64,000 bases of DNA from Thermodesulfobacteriota bacterium. GTDB lineage: Bacteria > Desulfobacterota > Binatia > UBA9968 > JAJDTQ01. Location: contig OZ220712.1 in NCBI GenBank assembly GCA_965116735.1, positions 181,907-245,906 of the forward strand, written 5' to 3'. The notes under the pieces were generated by a model. The model ran no database searches. It was not told the DNA's origin and saw nothing but the letters and a program-made list of their open reading frames with translations. The position numbers were made by a program, and so were the translations under genes. Below are positions 61,360-64,000 of this stretch, one piece after another (position 1 is the first letter of the stretch; each line of letters opens with the position of its first letter).

Positions 61360-62385
61360 ATGCCTGAATCCTACACGGAGCCGCTGGGACAGTCCAACGC
61401 CTTTCTGGACTTTCAGGAAACGCTGTCCCGCGCCGCCGGTGTCGATCGTCCGATCCTGCTGATCGGTGAACGCGGCACGGGCAAGGAACTGGCCGCGGCC
61501 AAGCTCCACTATCTGTCACGGCGTTGGCGGGGGCCGCTGGTGGCCCTCAACTGCGCGTCGTTGGCGCCGACGCTGCTGGAGTCGGAGCTGTTCGGCCACG
61601 AGGAGGGCGCTTTCACCGGCGCGCATCAACGGCGCACCGGACGGTTCGAAGCGGCCACGGACGGGACCCTCTTCCTGGACGAGATCGCCCAGATCCCCTT
61701 GGAGGTCCAGGAGAAGATCCTCCGGGTCGTGGAGTACGGCAGTTTCGAAAGGGTGGGATCTTCCCGGTCCGTTCAAGTGGACGCGAGAATCATCGGCGCC
61801 ACCAATGCAGACCTGCCCGCGCTGGCCGGCCAGGGCCGTTTCAAGCGCGACCTGCTCGACCGGCTGTCGTTCGACGTCCTGTTCGTTCCACCCCTGCGGG
61901 CTCGCGGAGAGGACATCCTGTTGCTGGCCAATCACTTTGCCGCGCGAATGGCGCACGAGTTGGGTTGGGAATCCCTCCCCGAGTTCAGCCGCCGCGTCGT
62001 CGTACAAATGGAAAGCTACCCCTGGCCCGGCAACGTTCGCGAGCTCAGGAACGTGGTGGAGCGTGCGGTGTACCGATCCGACACGCCCAGCATTGACGAT
62101 CTCGTCTTCGACCCTTTCGTCCCGTCTTTCGGCGCGGGCGCGAGTGCGAGCGCCGGAGCCGAGGCCCCGGCGCCGAATCCTTCTCCTCCGGTCCCTGCCC
62201 CTGACGGACCGGACAGCTCCCTCGAGGAGGCGGTGAGAGAGCTGGAGGTGAGAATGATTCGCGAGAGCCTCGCGGAGGCGAGGTACAACCAGCGCCAGGC
62301 GGCAAAGGCGCTCGGTCTGACCTATCACCAGTTCCGCGGCCGGTGGCGAAAGTACCGGGAGGAGTTGGCCGCCGAGGATGAATGA
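61360..62385 (+). CDS. pspF: sigma-54-dependent transcriptional activator PspF
   Basis: AAA+ core without a receiver domain (GERGTGKE, GAFTGA, ..ESELFGHE..) plus a C-terminal HTH. Divergent from pspA. GGGAGG RBS. Confidence 0.9.
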   Translation: MPESYTEPLGQSNAFLDFQETLSRAAGVDRPILLIGERGTGKELAAAKLHYLSRRWRGPLVALNCASLAPTLLESELFGHEEGAFTGAHQRRTGRFEAATDGTLFLDEIAQIPLEVQEKILRVVEYGSFERVGSSRSVQVDARIIGATNADLPALAGQGRFKRDLLDRLSFDVLFVPPLRARGEDILLLANHFAARMAHELGWESLPEFSRRVVVQMESYPWPGNVRELRNVVERAVYRSDTPSIDDLVFDPFVPSFGAGASASAGAEAPAPNPSPPVPAPDGPDSSLEEAVRELEVRMIRESLAEARYNQRQAAKALGLTYHQFRGRWRKYREELAAEDE

Positions 62386-62476
62386 AGAGCTGCCGGGAGT
62401 ATGCGTCGATCAGGGACGCTGCATGAGGCCCGGCAGGCGCCGACGGACTTCTTCAACGGTTGATTAAGCCGCCGGC

Positions 62477-63766
62477 TCAGGTCGTGACCCTGGCGGCCCG
62501 TGGAATCAGCGGCCCTCCGGGCGGGCGGATGCCCAGGCAGGCGGCGGCGCCGGCGAAGGCCATCAGCAGACACGCCACGAACATTCCCGAGTAGGACCCG
62601 GTGGCGTCGTGCACCATCCCTCCCAGCAGGGCACCCAGCGCGCCGCCGGTGTGGTGCACCCAGAGGATCGCGCCGGTGATCAGGCCGATGTGGCGGACGC
62701 CGAAGTAGTCACCGGACATGGCGGCGGCCAGGGGCGCGGTGGCCATCAACGTGAAACCCATCAGCAGGGCGGCCGTGAATATGGCCGGCTCCGCGGACGA
62801 GAACACGAGCAGCCCGAAACAGACGATCCGCAGGACGAACATGAAGGAGAGGGGAATCCCGTGCCCGGCCTTCTCGGTCACCGCCGGGAAGGCCAGGACG
62901 CCCGCCAGGCTGGCGAGTCCTGCGAGCCCCTGGATGTTCGACGCGCGTTGGCCGGTGAGGCCGCTGTCGGTGGCGAAAGGAATGTACTGGGTGATGAAGA
63001 AGAAGTCCTGAAAGCCGCAGAGGAAATATGCGACGGCGATGAACAGGAAGCTCCGCGAGAGAAACGTCTCCCGCGGCGAGAAGTCCGGGGGCGGGGCGGT
63101 GCGCCATGTCGGGGCCGCCTTGTCGCCGGTCTCGTACGGCGAGAGCCCCATGTCCGCGGGTTCCTTTTTCATCACCACGAGCGCTACCGGGATCACCACC
63201 ACGGAGACAAGGACGCCCAGGCCGGCCCACGAGCCGCGCCATCCGAAGCGTTCGAGGGTATAGGCCAGCACCGGGATGATGGCGAAGTGTCCGAAGGACG
63301 TGCCGGTGACGGCGATGCCGCCGATCAGGCCGCGCAGGCTTCGGAACCATCGCGAGACGGTGGACGACACGACGCCGATGGTGACCCCGGACACGCCGAT
63401 GGCGGTGACGACGCCGTAGTAGAGATACAGCTCGGGGATGGAGCTCGTCCGAGAGGTCAGGAAGAGGCCGGCGGAAGCTACGAGCGCGGAAACCGAGAAC
63501 AGCAGCCGCGGCCCGAAGCGGTCCAGCAGCCGGCCGGCCATCATCTGCGCGAAGCCGAACACCAGCATGTTCAGGGTGTAGGCGAACGTGATGGCGCCGC
63601 GGTCCCATCCGAACTCCGCGGCCAGGGGCTTCACCAGGACGCCGAAGGAAAAGCGCACGCCGCCGTCCACGACGAGGATCAGGAAGCCGCCGAGCAGGAT
63701 GATCCAGCCGTAGAAGAAGGTGGAAGGCGACCCCGTCGATGGTTGGTGGGAAGGGGTGTTCTGCAC
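62477..63766 (-). CDS. MFS transporter (oxalate/formate-antiporter-like)
   Basis: 12-TM-like ORF. The GTG start at 63766 was chosen because the upstream part overlaps the MOSC gene. Start uncertain. Confidence 0.75.
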   Translation of the reverse strand: MQNTPSHQPSTGSPSTFFYGWIILLGGFLILVVDGGVRFSFGVLVKPLAAEFGWDRGAITFAYTLNMLVFGFAQMMAGRLLDRFGPRLLFSVSALVASAGLFLTSRTSSIPELYLYYGVVTAIGVSGVTIGVVSSTVSRWFRSLRGLIGGIAVTGTSFGHFAIIPVLAYTLERFGWRGSWAGLGVLVSVVVIPVALVVMKKEPADMGLSPYETGDKAAPTWRTAPPPDFSPRETFLSRSFLFIAVAYFLCGFQDFFFITQYIPFATDSGLTGQRASNIQGLAGLASLAGVLAFPAVTEKAGHGIPLSFMFVLRIVCFGLLVFSSAEPAIFTAALLMGFTLMATAPLAAAMSGDYFGVRHIGLITGAILWVHHTGGALGALLGGMVHDATGSYSGMFVACLLMAFAGAAACLGIRPPGGPLIPRAARVTT

Positions 63767-63774
63767 GGCCGTGT

Positions 63775-64000
63775 TCAGAGCACGGCGATCTCGTCGCCGG
63801 GCCGGATGACGCCGCCCTTGACCACCAGCGCGCAGATGCCGCTCTTGCCGGCCAGGGCCCGGGTCATGCCCGGTTCGGTGATGGATTGGATATAGGCGCA
63901 CGGAGGCCGCGGCCGGTCGAAGGCCAGCACGGCGTCGCCGGCGCGGAAGGCGTGGCCCACCAACTCGTCGAGCCGGACGCCGCGGGTGACGATGTTGCGC
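63775..64000 (-). CDS. MOSC-domain protein, C-terminal part (5' end outside window)
   Basis: ..NIVTRGVRLDELVGHAFRAGDAVLAFDRPRPPCAY..GGVIRPGDEI.. Open to the window edge. Confidence 0.7.
   Translation of the reverse strand, partial: RNIVTRGVRLDELVGHAFRAGDAVLAFDRPRPPCAYIQSITEPGMTRALAGKSGICALVVKGGVIRPGDEIAVL

Noticed and set aside
60445-62385. 646-aa plus-strand ORF
   Set aside because: Only the last 341 codons (from the ATG at 61360, with GGGAGG RBS) are PspF. The upstream part is antisense to pspA and crosses the AT-rich promoter region.
1-64000. Search for integrase, transposase, prophage, tRNA or rRNA genes
   Set aside because: No ORF with recombinase or transposase motifs, and no tRNA- or rRNA-like sequence, was recognisable by eye in any intergenic gap. 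This is absence of evidence only, and tRNAscan/Infernal should confirm it.

Overview
GC-rich (about two-thirds G+C by eye) bacterial chromosomal segment, densely coding on both strands, about 60 genes. I found no rRNA, tRNA, CRISPR, integrase or transposase gene. I cannot name the organism. A PspF/PspABC sigma-54 stress module, abundant TTT transporters and a heavy load of short palindromic intergenic repeats suggest an uncultured proteobacterium-like environmental lineage (inference only).

The backbone is a very large catabolic super-cluster built from repeated paralogous modules:
- 4 gentisate-1,2-dioxygenase-like bicupins
- 3 DapA/NAL-family aldolases, two of an atypical long type
- 4 Amidohydro_2 (ACMSD-type) enzymes plus 1 Amidohydro_1
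- 2 UbiD decarboxylases
- 3 signal-peptide-less PBP2-fold proteins, two of them like 4,5-dihydroxyphthalate decarboxylase
- an acetone-carboxylase-like HyuA/HyuB/gamma trio
- 2 TTT transport systems plus an orphan TctC
- 3 MFS transporters
- a CoA block (NDP-forming acyl-CoA synthetase, crotonase, SCPx-thiolase + DUF35, 2 ACADs)

The only transcription factors I see are PspF and an AbrB-type antitoxin.

AT-richer accessory patches are embedded in this backbone:
1. A candidate UGSC-type selenoprotein gene with an in-frame TGA and a SECIS-like hairpin, which the ORF caller split in two, plus a Cys-rich unknown gene next to it.
2. A decaying type II R-M unit. The SPPY methyltransferase is intact. 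The PD-(D/E)XK endonuclease is hit by both a frameshift and a MITE insertion, and removing the MITE conceptually restores the ORF.
3. Three copies of a ~165-bp CTAG-flanked MITE.
4. An AbrB/PIN toxin-antitoxin pair.
5. A solitary AAA/DUF4143 ATPase.
6. A tightly packed 3-gene operon of unrecognisable proteins in a ~1.9-kb AT-rich insert that truncates a GST gene just downstream of pspABC. This is my best candidate for an undescribed system.

At least six families of REP-like palindromes fill the intergenic spaces, and several provide the stop codon of the adjacent gene.
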